A DNA stretch of 63,390 nt, filler included, from Bigelowiella natans CCMP2755 (Eukaryota; Protista; Cercozoa): the NCBI GenBank assembly GCA_000320545.1. It is 7 parts of 7 records of this genome, joined end to end, with 100 filler letters (N's around TTAATTAATTAA, not from the genome) between each part and the next. Parts side by side here need not be neighbours in the genome. Positions count along the whole stretch, not along the records: positions 45,887 to 51,569 come from ADNK01003194.1; positions 51,670 to 55,692 come from ADNK01002206.1; positions 55,793 to 59,496 come from ADNK01001833.1; positions 59,597 to 63,390 come from ADNK01002580.1; 3 more parts are not named here. One strand, written 5' to 3'. Numbering within the stretch: position 1 is the first letter of the stretch; every line of letters starts with the position of its first letter. Shown here piece by piece: positions 49,313 through 62,637 of this stretch. Made by a program: the position numbers and the translations under genes. The notes beneath the pieces were generated by a model. It did not search any database, was not told where the DNA came from, and saw only the letters and a program-made list of their open reading frames with translations.

Positions 49313-49942
49313 ACCCCTTTGTTGTCGCACGTGACTTGTGCCCGCGTAGTGGTACGCGCTACAACTGTGGGACTGCATGCGTTGGCAATGTGCCAGAATG
49401 CACGCACAACATTGCATGTGCATCATCGTTGCTAGCTAGGTTGGATCACGGCGTGCGTGATGAGTGCATGATGTTTGTCATGTGGCTTGCGCTAGCAAGT
49501 CTGAATTCTTGCTAGTTTGACGTCTAGCTAGCTAGCTAGCTAGCTAGGCGTGCTAGCGTGTGGAATGTCATTGAGATGTCTGGAAGTGTTGAAAAATTGA
49601 CAGCACACGCTGGCGGCATGCGCATCTCGCACACGCTAGCACGGCATAGCGCTGCTTTCTGGCTTTGCACATCTTCGTTCCAGAATCATTTTGTGGAATC
49701 ATTCTGCATTGTGGGAACAGCTAGCGGGGTGCAATCTAGCTAGATGCATTGTGCACCGCGTGGCATCCTCATTTGGAAACCAACAAGCATTCTTAGTTGC
49801 ATCGCATGCACTTGCAAAATCGAAAGGAAATGTAATGATGGATGCCTGGGACTGCAAACTTCATGATGTACATCACGTTCATCAATTGTCAACACAAACT
49901 ATGTCAACTGTGAATTCGATCGCAATTGTGATGAGTTGGCAT

Positions 49943-51520
49943 TTATCCCTTCATGGACACAGCAACTGCATGCAAAGCGTTCTTGAAACGAGTGCGGTAC
50001 GAGCCAGGCGCAGACTCGATTAATTTTCTTATCTTCACACCGGCCTAAAAAAACAATATGTGTGCATTAACGGTAGTAGATGCAGCGCCTTTGCTATGAT
50101 AACATTGATGGAGATGCCGAAAATGTAAGACCGAACTCACCCCCCCCCCCCCTCGCACTTCGCTCTAGAAGAAAGAAAACATAAAGGGGTAGGAAGGGGC
50201 ACCTTCTCTACAGTGCGGTTCATGTAGAGCTGTTTCCTCAGAAAATTCGATGATCTTGTGCTCGGGATATAACGGCGAGAAACACACCACTGTTGGGGTA
50301 TGAATGATGATATAAGAGGAAGTACGCTTGCGCGTATGGATTAGGGGAGGGGGCTGCGTTGGCATATCCGCAGACAGGTACCCATTTACGCAGTCAGAGT
50401 GCGAATGATGATAACACAGCGGAGCACCGATTAATCGTACCAAAAATGGCAGTCACGGAAAAGCAAGTAAGAGAGATTGGCAGTTTCGCCGCACCTGCAA
50501 ACTGTATGAGCTTGTGAGCGTTGTCCGGACGACGGAGCACGAGGAACGCCTTGATGCACTGGAACAGCAAAGTCAAATAGAAAGACGGGAAAACATCGTT
50601 ATCTCGCATTCGTCCAATGGCAGATCAAACGTGCGTGGGGGATTCAAACTGCGCCACCTCGTCAAGGAATGCCGGCCATTTTTGCCCCAGTTGCTTCTTG
50701 AACGACGACGTAATGGCGAACGGGTGCGTGTCTATCGTCACCTATCATTGTGTTTAAAGGTGTGAACGGTGTTGCTGTCGGTGATATCTTGTTGGGCCAC
50801 AGTCGTTCTTTCTCTGCCACCGCCCCCCCCCCCCCACCCCCTCCCCACCAAACCGTGTCGCCAAGCACATGCCCGAAGTCGATATGGAAGAGAGTCCCGT
50901 CCTGATGAGAATAAAAATATTGATGATAACGAATATTAAGATGTTAATATTGATGATGATGATAATCATGATAATGATGGATTAGAACCTTGTGAATTAG
51001 GATATTGTCCGCGTGCCGATCTCGAATTCCAAGGATATAAGAAGCGATATAGCTGCCCGCCCCCGAGCCAATCAGCCTAGTGTTTTCACATGAATTGTGC
51101 GATGAGGACGAAGATGAGACGAGGGCGAGGAGGAGGGAATGAATCAAGTTGCAGAGTTAGCACCAGCCGGCACTCAACGAATCGTTGCTAGCTTATCGTC
51201 CCCCCCCCCCCCCCCCCCCCCAAGCTACACTGAAATATATAAAATGATGCGCCAACCAAGTAAAAACTACCGGTGGAACTGTTCTTGCCGCAGGTTGGAG
51301 ATCGCCGACTTCGATTCGTATAGGCACTTGCAGTCCTGCCATCATTTATTCGACGCAGAGCGTGGAGGAATCAATAACAACCGAGATCATCATGCTCGTG
51401 GGATCACATGTAGGTGGTAAATTCACGATGCAACGGCGGGAGATCCGCCATCGGCACGGCAATAAATACCTTGACGAATTCTATGAAACCCAACTTATCG
51501 CCCCCCGCAATACATTGATA
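49943..51520 (-). CDS. Phosphatidylinositol 3-kinase catalytic domain (3' exons)
   Basis: [73 protein letters not shown], and the terminal AGVKIRKLIESAPGSYRTRFKNALHAVAVSMKG*. Confidence 0.9.
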
Positions 51521-51669
51521 CCTGAGCAACACCGACAGAGCACAGCCATCAAAAGAATTAGTCTGCAAGNNNNNNNNNNNNNNNNNNNNNNNNNNNNNNN
51601 NNNNNNNNNNNNNTTAATTAATTAANNNNNNNNNNNNNNNNNNNNNNNNNNNNNNNNNNNNNNNNNNNN

Positions 51670-51704
<35 letters not shown>

Positions 51705-51739
51705 TATCCATTTTAAGTTGATCTGTTCCAAGTTCCTAC

Positions 51740-51834
51740 TTCTTCGACTTGCGTTCTAGGTTCTGTTTATCTTTAAACCGTGAAAATGCTAAGACAGCAT
51801 CGGAGACCTGCGCAGCAACAACATCATCCACCGT

Positions 51835-51870
<36 letters not shown>

Positions 51871-52176
51871 GGGGAGTTCAGACAATCACGCGAATTTGAT
51901 CGAATTCCATCATCATACCATCAGCATCATCATCTTCTTCTTCTTTCTCCTCCTCATCATCATCATCTTGTTCTTCCTCCTCCTCTTCCCCCTCATCATC
52001 ATCATCATCATCATCATCATCACTAAGGAATGCTTCCTTCCTCCCTTCTTTTGTGCGTTTGAGCAGTTGATTTTATGGGGGGGTAAGGTGGAGAAGCAAA
52101 TACCCACAAAAGGATCCAAGAAAAAGACAGTTCTCGACGTGGTGTGTATGCAAATATTAACGTGTAGAAAGATATT

Positions 52177-52221
<45 letters not shown>

Positions 52222-52389
52222 CAACTTTCCGACTTGCTTGATGAAGTTGTCGGAGAGTTGTAGCTAGAGAGCAGATTTCATCACCAAAGAGGAGGAGTCA
52301 TTGTGATGTAAATCGAGTCATCATCTAACCACTACAACAACTACAACAACAACTACTACTACTACTACTACTACTTTTAACACAATGCG

Positions 52390-52423
<34 letters not shown>

Positions 52424-52848
52424 TGCGGAAGTAGCTCGTTCCTTCCTCCCATTATTTGCAAAGGACTACTCTAATCGTCGGCATCTCCATTCTCCTTGCA
52501 ATCCCAAGATGATACATTGTATTTTCTGCCCTTCGCTCATCTTGTTCTCATTATTATTCGTCTTTGACGTCATCATCATCCACCATACCTTAAACCCAAA
52601 CTGCCGTGAAGGAGTCACCAGTTTCTCCTTTGTTTGCGCGTCGAACGAAGGGTTGTTTACCAAGAACTAGGTGGGGGGGGGGGGGGGGGGGGGGGGGAGG
52701 AGGAGGAGAAAAGAAAGAAATCGATGAGGATGATGAGGATGATGATGATAATAGTGATGATGATGGCGAGATCATAGTCAGAATCGAGCACACTCTGTAC
52801 TATCATAAGAACAATGTATGGCGATTGGATGTAAATACATTATCATCT

Positions 52849-52879
<31 letters not shown>

Positions 52880-54057
52880 CATCATCATACTCATACTCAT
52901 ACTCATACTCATCATCATCATCATCACCATCATCATCATCACCATACCTTTGCGACTACGAATAGGTGGTTCTTCACCATGTACGTCTTTATGTCTGCGT
53001 CTTTGTCCTAGACAAACAGGAAGAAAGAAGGAAAGGAGGGAGGGAGAGGGGGAGAGGAAGGAGAGACGGCATAAGTACCTTGGCACAGCACACCGAGAGA
53101 TCATTATTATCATCAATAATAGTAACTGGCGATTTCTTGGCCGCGCCGCACCACCGAAATCCCTCATCATTGGTGATTTCGTTGAAGCATACAAAGGGGA
53201 GCGGGGGGGGAGGGGTTGGAAGTCTGACCTTCCCTTTCTTTAGAGAGTCGATGAGCTGCTGAGAGATTTGATTCACGATGCCATCGATGTGAGTACCCAG
53301 ACCGCAGCTAATTAATGATGATGATGAGGAGGAGAAGGAGGAGGAGGATAACGATAAAGACAAGCATCTTCGGCTAATCCATCCATGGTACTACCAGCTC
53401 CTCTTTTCAGTACAGATTCGTAACAATCATCATCATCACAACTACCATCAAACCACGATCGCATCATCAGCATCATCAGCAGCAGCGGCGCCGGCGTTAT
53501 ATATATATATATATTTGACCGTATGCCATTGACAAATCCAATGCTTTGGAAAGCATTCTGGGAGAACCCTACAGCCTACGCATAGTAGGATGACGATGTT
53601 ACGAATGGAGAAAACACACCAGCTATATCCACTTCGATGTCACACGGCACCCTCGCACAAAATCGGTTTATCGAGGTGATCTATGAGCTTCCATCGATGA
53701 CGCTCATACTTATCAGGTGCAAAAGCGCGCATATTGCGGTGATGCTGAGAGGGATGGAGGGGGGGGCTAGGGCAGAGACGCTAGACGTACTATTTCAGCG
53801 CGAATTCTCTTGTCCTTGTCAATGATTTTCTCAAATGCAAATGCCTTTTCCTGGATGTAGAGGTGGGGGGGGGGGGGGGGGTTATGCACAGGGTCCGTCT
53901 CATGAGTCATCGTGACGATGAAGATGCTATTGGTAATCGTGGAGAAACCCCACCGTTGCTTGAAGAGAGCGCAGTACTTGCCGTTGAGTTCAATACCTAA
54001 ACAGCGAAGTTATGGCGCTCAGAGAACAACAATACATTGCTCGAAATACATGCTTTT

Positions 54058-54100
<43 letters not shown>

Positions 54101-54476
54101 AATATAGTAAACAGCAGTCGTCACTCATCAATCGCCCCTCCCTTTCATCAGCATCTTCATCTTCTTCTTCTTCTTCTTCATCATCATCATCGCTACCAGA
54201 TTTGCGTAGTCTTGAAACCTTGTCACGTTCAGCGGTTCTCCATTAAACCTGTAGTAGAAAGGGGTATTAGCTGACGCATGTATGCATGTATCCATGCATG
54301 CAGCAGTTGGCGCTTGTTCTTTTTCCTCCTCGATGTTTCCATTCCGACCACTCGCTTATCGGCCTCCTCCTTCTACTATCACTCTCCTATCATCGTCACC
54401 AAATCTGTATCTTTTCCGTGGTGCAGGCAGCCGCATCGTAGACGCGAGAGCGAAGAACATCGACCTAATTGTCGTT

Positions 54477-54507
<31 letters not shown>

Positions 54508-55027
54508 GCGTTGTTATTAGTGATAGCGACGACGACGATGATGATGATGATGATAACGATGATGATGATGATGATTTCCCCTTCAATCTTTAGTAATTTT
54601 TTGGGAGGAAAACGATTGAGAATAGGACTGGGAGTCTGCTGCTCTGCTGCTACGAGTGCTGTTGTTGTGCGATTGTTGTGTACCACTCCTGAGGTGATGG
54701 CCTTCATCCCAAAACGGGCCATATCTGGCTTGAACTCGATCTCCACCGATCTGAAGCAAGATGAAGTCACAGGAAGAAGAGGAAGGAGAAGGAGAAGAAG
54801 AAGAAGAAGAAGAAGAAGGAGAAGAAGGAATTGAGAGAAGGGCAGACAACACTAGTAGAAGCTCGAAAACCATCCCCACATAATAATGGCTCCCCAACGT
54901 CTGTGTGGGTGTGCGCGCGTGGTGCATAATAAGGCACACATTAAACATGGCATCGTGAAGCTGCTAAGTAAATCGCAGAAAGGCTGATGATGATAACAAA
55001 CAGACAACAGTAACAATAACATTAACA

Positions 55028-55066
<39 letters not shown>

Positions 55067-55496
55067 CCCATTCTTGGAGCCAGGGCCAACCACTGGGTCA
55101 AGCTTCACCTTCATGTTTTCCAACCACGTTTGCTCGAATTGCTTCTTGCCTTTTGACCATCATCGTCGTTATATATATCATCATCAACAACAACATCGTC
55201 ATCCTCATCATCACCACGGAAAACATCGTCCAAACACATCCAAAGTTAGCGCTGCAAAGTAATGGAGGGGGGGTATTTATTACTCTTAGGGTCCTCAATG
55301 CGGACTTTGAATTGGGTTGAAAACACGTTGGTAGCCTTGGCACCTACGAGGACGATGAAAGGATGAGGGGGTGGGGAGGGGGTCAGAACTGCCAGCCACT
55401 TAAGCAAATACAACCGTAAAGTATTCATATTAATAAGATGCCAAACTACTCTCGCTTGCGCACAAACTTCCTCCTTTTTAGGAGTGGGGGGCAATG

Positions 55497-55577
<81 letters not shown>

Positions 55578-55652
55578 GTATACAAAATATGGATACCAAT
55601 GCTATTGCGACCACCAATGAACCTCACGATCGAATCATCGAAGTTCTCTCCC
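51740..55652 (-). CDS. TOP2: DNA topoisomerase II (ATPase/transducer region), internal fragment
   Basis: GENFDDSIVRFIGGRNSIGAKATNVFSTQF, FEQTWLENM, EFKPDMARFGM, FNGEPLNVTRFQDYANL, SIGFVNGI, GTHIDGIVNQI, IKTYMVKNHLFV, NPSFDAQTKEKL, LSDNFIK. Confidence 0.9.
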
Positions 55653-56106
55653 TGTGGTTTAGTTTTTGGAAAGGGAGCGAAGAGAACAGGGGNNNNNNNN
55701 NNNNNNNNNNNNNNNNNNNNNNNNNNNNNNNNNNNNTTAATTAATTAANNNNNNNNNNNNNNNNNNNNNNNNNNNNNNNNNNNNNNNNNNNNTTACGTTT
55801 TTAATTTCCAGCAATTCTTATGAGTATTGCGGCTGCTGCTGCATCAGTAGTAGGGACCCGGTCGTCGCGAGATAATTTCAATCGAGTATGAACGGCCTTT
55901 AGGCTTTTTTATATTCAACTTCAGATGCTGCGGGGCCTAATTTGCGCTGCTTTTGATCTTCATCGGGAATCTCTCCTTCGACCGCGACCTAAGTCCTCCC
56001 TGTGTTTGAGCAAAGAAGTCGCTCTACTACATGTGGCGGATCGGCTGCCAGTTCATTCGCAGGAAGTAATCGTACATTAAACGTCGTAGTATGCACCCAC
56101 AGCTTT

Positions 56107-56790
56107 ATGGCGGCTGGGGAACAGCAGGCATATTGGTCCGTGCCCCCCCCCCCCCCCCCCCCCCCCATCCCCTCCATTTATCTCTTTGATAATATACACA
56201 AGCACCATGCACTAAAATGGATATATGCTTGTGGCAGCGTGCTCGATCTGTGGGCTTTCTCGCTGTTACGCTTCGTCTTTGGAATCGTAATAACTCGCGT
56301 CCATAGAAAGAATATGTGTGGTACCGAGGAGTAAGAGTGGATGTGTACAAATGAAGTGGGACAAAAATGCAAAGAGTGCTGATGAGTACGGCAGCATGTA
56401 TCTATTCGTTCGCACATCTTTGCTTCTTTCCTTTCAACGAAATCAAACGAGCCACTCGTTCCACTGTGATACGTTCCTCTCTCTATCCCCCAAACTGTTA
56501 GGCTTGCATGTGCTATGTGCTTCGACAACCCGCGGAATCGATCGAAGCAGAAGGTGATGGTCACTCAGCTGCGAAGTACACACGGCTCCCCGATGTCACA
56601 GCTGATGAGGACGACGAGGAGGAGGAGGAGGAGGAAAAGTATGAACATGACGAAGATCTGCTAGGGGAAAATCTTGAGAAGAAAAGCAGCAGGGACAAAT
56701 TAAAGAACTGGCCTTTCTTGGACGATACGAAGCGGGGCACGCGGGGAACGACAATCAACGGCGTGGCGGCAACCACACTCTTGAACGGTT

Positions 56791-56846
<56 letters not shown>

Positions 56847-57328
56847 TATGCGTGCGGTGTTGGTTCTTGTACGAAGCTTCTTCGTCGAGTTTTGAATATG
56901 CTACATACAATGTCATTATGCCTCTCATCCTCTCTCCCCCCCTTCTTCACACCTCTACCACCACCACCAGAATATAACCCCCTCCCCACCCTTCCCTGCC
57001 TGTTTCCCCATCGCTCGCTCCCAACGTCCTCGTTCAGGTGGCGGACACGCCGATGTTCACGTTGTCTCGTCTCTTGATGGAAAAGAAACGAGGAAGAAGA
57101 CGATGACGAAGAAGAAGAAGAAAAAGAAGAATAAGGACAAAGTAAACGGCGGAGATGGCGAGGATGATGCGCCGAAAACTACGTTCGTGAAGCTAGGAGC
57201 TTGCGTCTTCGTTATGACGCTGTCAGCGTGCATCCTTGTCCTGGCGAAGGGCCTGCATCGCTTAGTGAAGGGTATGCACACACACACACACACACACACA
57301 CACGCGCGCAGTGATATAGACTGCCCCA

Positions 57329-57369
<41 letters not shown>

Positions 57370-57620
57370 AACGATACGTGAGGATGCTAAAATGATGAAA
57401 AATGATGCTGAAGTTGATGGTGCGTAACATAACATGCCCTCTGGGAGCTTCCTCTTTCCTACTCAAGACAAGCAACTATAATGAAGAAATGCTGTATGTA
57501 CGTAACGCTCTTGCGTAGGAACCCCCCACGACGGAGGGATCGGTACTGACTGGTACTGGCCAATCGCGACAGGTTAGAGAGCGAGGAGGGAGGGAGGGGG
57601 AGGGGAAGAGAGCAGAGAGA

Positions 57621-57667
<47 letters not shown>

Positions 57668-57937
57668 ATATCATGGCTGAAAGACATCAAAATATGTGGA
57701 TAAATGAAGACAACGACATGGAGTAACGGTATACACTTCTCTGTGCAGCTTCCTCTTCCTCGTTGTCAAAGTAGTAGCTTGCTGCAGCTGTTTAGTAACA
57801 ACAGCATCATCATCACCATTATCATCATCACCAATATCAACACCACGATCAGGGTTCCTCCTCTTCACCGCCATCAGCAACGTCGTGCTGAATCGTTTTT
57901 TGGAAGATCCGTAAGAAGGAGAGATATCATGATGATT

Positions 57938-57972
<35 letters not shown>

Positions 57973-58216
57973 AACGAGATGGAAGAGGAGGAGGAGGAGG
58001 AGGAGGACTGCATTTGGATGAATATATATTAGTTTATATTTATATATTTTTATATTCATATTGAATGACATTCATAAAAATACACACGCACACACACACA
58101 CACACACACACACCAGGAAAGAGGATTCTCCATCGGCAGGCCAAGAACGCCAACATGCGAGCTGGGGCGCAATCTTCAGGTACGAGTAAAAGAAGGAAGA
58201 AAGAGATTAAGAAAGA

Positions 58217-58250
<34 letters not shown>

Positions 58251-58437
58251 AACGAGGAGGGGAAGGGAGGTAAAGAGCAGAAAGCTCTACTCACTGCTGC
58301 CGGCACTGGAAGTAAGATGGCACTAAGTTGCGTTATGCGTTTTTGCTGTATGGTATGCAGATTCTGCTACCCGGATTGGCCTTTGTTTTTGGTAGCGTTC
58401 ACGGCTCTCTCCATAGCAGCTGCGGTAGTAGAGAAGT

Positions 58438-58472
<35 letters not shown>

Positions 58473-58479
58473 TAATAGT

Positions 58480-58526
<47 letters not shown>

Positions 58527-58566
58527 AATGAGTGGACGTATCGTCCCTTGCATCATCATCATCATT

Positions 58567-58600
<34 letters not shown>

Positions 58601-59447
58601 CACACAGGGCCAGAGCGCTATTCCCTTCCTCATGGGCAAGGTAGTGGGACGCCAATGAATGCATGGCAAACCGCCGCTGTGGATGTTCATGATGGCAGCA
58701 GCAGCAGCAATAATGATAACGTCGATAGAAATGACAAATGCCTGGCATATGTTCTCGGGTCTCTCCTCTCGTAACCACCGCGCATCGTCCCGTTTAATTT
58801 GTGTCTTTGATGAAAATGTTGTGGTTCTTGTTGCTGCTGCTGCTGCTGTTGTTGTTGTTGTTTAGTTGATTGACTCCATCGCTCTCGAGCAAGACGAGGA
58901 GGAGTTCCACAGGTGAGGAGAAAGAGTGATATTAGTCCATGGCAAGCTTTATTTTAGTCTAACCAAAGCGCGGCGTTTATGAGATCTTCTCTGCTGATCG
59001 TGGCGATGAAGATATAATGCTAATCTCTATTCTCCCCCCCTCCCCCCCCCCCCCTTTTCCTCCCCTGCTCCTCATCGCTATCATCAGATGGATGTTTATT
59101 CTCATTGTCGTGACTTTCGTTACGGGGATCTTCACAGGAATTCGAGGGTATTACGACGATGATCATCGATGATGACGAAGAATCATAATGATGATGATTT
59201 TAATGATGATGATGGTGGTGGTAGTGATTACGGAGCTGGCTTTCACAATCGATCGTGTGTAAAATATCAGCATCTTCGTCGTATCGTCGGCCGATCATCC
59301 ATCATCATCATCAGCATCAGCACCACCATCCTCATCATCATCACTAAATCCAAATATTCATTATCAGATCAACATTCACTGTCGTGGGCGCGCGATTTTC
59401 TGTGCGTCTTCGTCAGCGGCTGTTTGAAGCTCTTCTCGCCATGGAGG
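56107..59447 (+). CDS. ABCB half-transporter (TAP/ABCB9-like) with an N-terminal extra TM region, 3' truncated
   Basis: PDWPLFLVAFTALSIAAA-GQSAIPFLMGK-LIDSIALEQDEEEFHR-WMFILIVVTFVTGIFTGIRG-STFTVVGARFSVRLRQRLFEALLAME matches the start of the ABCB membrane domain. Upstream exons include SVLDLWAFSLLRFVFG. The start codon is uncertain. Confidence 0.85.
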
Positions 59448-59837
59448 TTGAAAATGATCTCGTATTATTAAATGCTTTCCTCTCAAGGAGAAGCAANNNN
59501 NNNNNNNNNNNNNNNNNNNNNNNNNNNNNNNNNNNNNNNNTTAATTAATTAANNNNNNNNNNNNNNNNNNNNNNNNNNNNNNNNNNNNNNNNNNNNATTA
59601 AATACACTACTTTGAGAAATCTAGCAGGTCCTTGGCTATGGACCAAACGTGCCAATACACACACCTGTATTATTTCATGATAACACAGAGGTCAAACATG
59701 ATGAGATGAGACGTGGAAAATCACATTAAACCAACATTTATACATATAATCTCTCTCTCCAGTAAACATGGAAGGGTTCACGGTATACTACTACTACTAC
59801 TGCCGCTGCTGCTGCTGCTGCTGCAAATGCTGCAAAT

Positions 59838-60030
59838 GCTGCAAATGCTACTATTACCAAATCCTCTGCCAGCGCGTGAAAGGTTGTGTGGCACAGCCTT
59901 TGGATGACTTTGTAGATCTGAGAGGAGGGAGGGAAGAAGCGACGATAATCAATCACCACAATAAGTCAGCAGCCTGTGCCTGATGAACGTATGTGTAGCT
60001 ATTTCTCTTGGGTTCCCTCCTCCACCCATC

Positions 60031-60068
<38 letters not shown>

Positions 60069-60275
60069 TCTCCCTCTCTCCCCCTTCACACACAAATACG
60101 CGCGCCGCGTATGCGTGAATATAGGCGATTGTAGATGACCAGCTTCTTTGCATTGTTGTCTCCGATGACATTTCCCATCTTGAAGATCATCAGTTGACAT
60201 AAGCTGCCGACGTAACATGTCCCACGTTCGGGGACCTTATATTTATTAAAATACATATAAATGTTATACAATATA

Positions 60276-60313
<38 letters not shown>

Positions 60314-60363
60314 GTATAATGTGTATGTCTGTGTGTGTACCATACATGTTTCTGCTCTTTCTC

Positions 60364-60406
<43 letters not shown>

Positions 60407-60504
60407 AATCAATCAAGCAATACAGGTTCAAAGAGGCAAGAGGTGGAGGTTAGAATGAGCGACCGGACAGAGATAGGATGCAGAAAGAATACGGAGACAG
60501 AAGA

Positions 60505-60549
<45 letters not shown>

Positions 60550-60686
60550 TTAGTCGAAGCAAATCGTGTTGTAGCACTACCTGATCGCTCAGCAGCCTAT
60601 CTAGTACGCGGAGAATCGCGGATATAACGGGCACATTACCGACCTACAGGGGCGATCGAATTACACAAAACAATATGATAAAGCGC

Positions 60687-60726
<40 letters not shown>

Positions 60727-61719
60727 GTCCATCTTCTCCCAGAGGCCGCAGGGATGATGATAACAATCATCGTGCGACAGCAGCAGTCGGGAAAGACAAC
60801 AGACAAATCGGCGCATCGTGTGAATTCTCGCCAATAATCGTGCGGATGCAGATATTGGCTCGCGCACCTCACGAAAGGTCCATCGGGCTATCATCATGGC
60901 TGCTACGGTCTAGGACAGTAATACCTTGCCCTTTATCATTTTCGCCTGGCCCCGTCTCAATAGCAGCGTGATCAGCTGCGTGCCAGACTGAAGTGCGACA
61001 GCAAAATATCCGGTGGCGTGGGGGGTCATTAAAGGAGGGGTGGGTGGGGTGGAAAGGGGGTCGCATTTATGCAATTATATTATGAATGTGAATGCCCCTG
61101 CAATCTCTGATCAACAGCAATAACATCACAAGAAACAATAGGCCAGTACTGCTGCTGCTGCTACTACGTCCCCGCGTGCTATCTATCACCTGCAAGGCGC
61201 TGTTATCCATTGTTGTCAGCAGCAGCTTCAGCATGGGCTCTACCACTTGGAAGAATGCCTATTTTCGGAGAATGGGGGGTGACAGCGGGGAGGAAATGAC
61301 CGATCATGCTCACAATATGCTGAAAGCAGCTCGCTGTTGATGAAGACGAGATCATCATCATCATCGTGTCGGTGCATTCACACACAACACATACACATTC
61401 ACATATTTGAGCAAGGTGTGCGTATTACCATCATCATCAATCAATCAATCATCATCAATCAATCATCCTCTATCATCATCATCCTCAATCATCAGCATCG
61501 ATCATCCTCGTCATCATTTGCGTCGTGTTGTTGTTCGTCACACATTCGGAATCGTATCGCCGCGCCAGTCCCGTATCTGCGACAACAGCAATAGTAGCAC
61601 CATCATTATTATTCGCAGCGGCTAAAAGCTTCATCCGACTAAAATATCATCGGGGAATATCCACCGTCCGAAGTTATGTGCATGCATTCATACCAGTATT
61701 AATTTGTGCATTTCTAAAC

Positions 61720-61762
<43 letters not shown>

Positions 61763-61883
61763 ACGGTCTCACCATTGCCGTGATCAGCTCTATAGCCCTC
61801 TCGATAACACCTTTTGAGAGATTTTATTACAAAACGACGTACAATATCCGTCATCGGTTTGCTGTGCCGACGTCTATGCGGAA

Positions 61884-61919
<36 letters not shown>

Positions 61920-62449
61920 ACTAATGATGATGATGATGATAATGATGATAATGATGCAAAACAGTCCCACAACCTGGCTCGATTCTCTCCCCCTTCGCAG
62001 CACGCACTACCAGGCTATATATATACAAAGAAGAAGAAGAAAAAATAATAAGAATTAATAGACTGCCGTGATGATAGGGAACAGCTGACGCGTTGGCAGA
62101 TTTGAGGAAGATCTATTAATGTAACAACGACGGGGGGGGGGGAGGGGAGGGATAACATCTCTCTTCCTCTCGCCTTCTCTTCCCTTTTTTTGGTATTAAA
62201 AGACGATGCTGTAAGCAGGCTCGCTGCTGCAGCTGCTACTGCCGTATTGCTACTACTTGATCATGGGGGGAACGCATTTGCCAAGGACTGCCGGTGCCAT
62301 GCCTTCTAGCCCAGCCAACAAGCTCAAGATGTCGTTCACCGCCTCCGTGATACGCACAGACCTATGCGAAGAACCAGTTTGAGAGGAAGTAGCAGGAAGA
62401 GAGGTAGCAGATATAGCAGGTGTAGTAGTAGTAAAAGTAGTAGTAGTAA

Positions 62450-62491
<42 letters not shown>

Positions 62492-62603
62492 CATGCAGCA
62501 GCGGCACGGAGTAGACGATGGATGATAGCAGCCGAGATAAGGTTAGACGGAGCTAATTCATCATGGTGGAGAGAACGACAATGACGATGACGACGACGAC
62601 GAC

Positions 62604-62637
<34 letters not shown>

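Noticed and set aside
38425-49940. Fungal-type RIP or CpG methylation decay as the explanation for the biased tracts
   Set aside because: Those processes create TpA/TpG from CpA/CpG. Here TAY is lost while CpA, TpG and CpG remain abundant.
31935-59596. Six regularly recurring TTAATTAATTAA motifs flanked by Ns
   Set aside because: These are artificial six-frame-stop contig spacers, not biological repeats. Gene order across them should not be interpreted.
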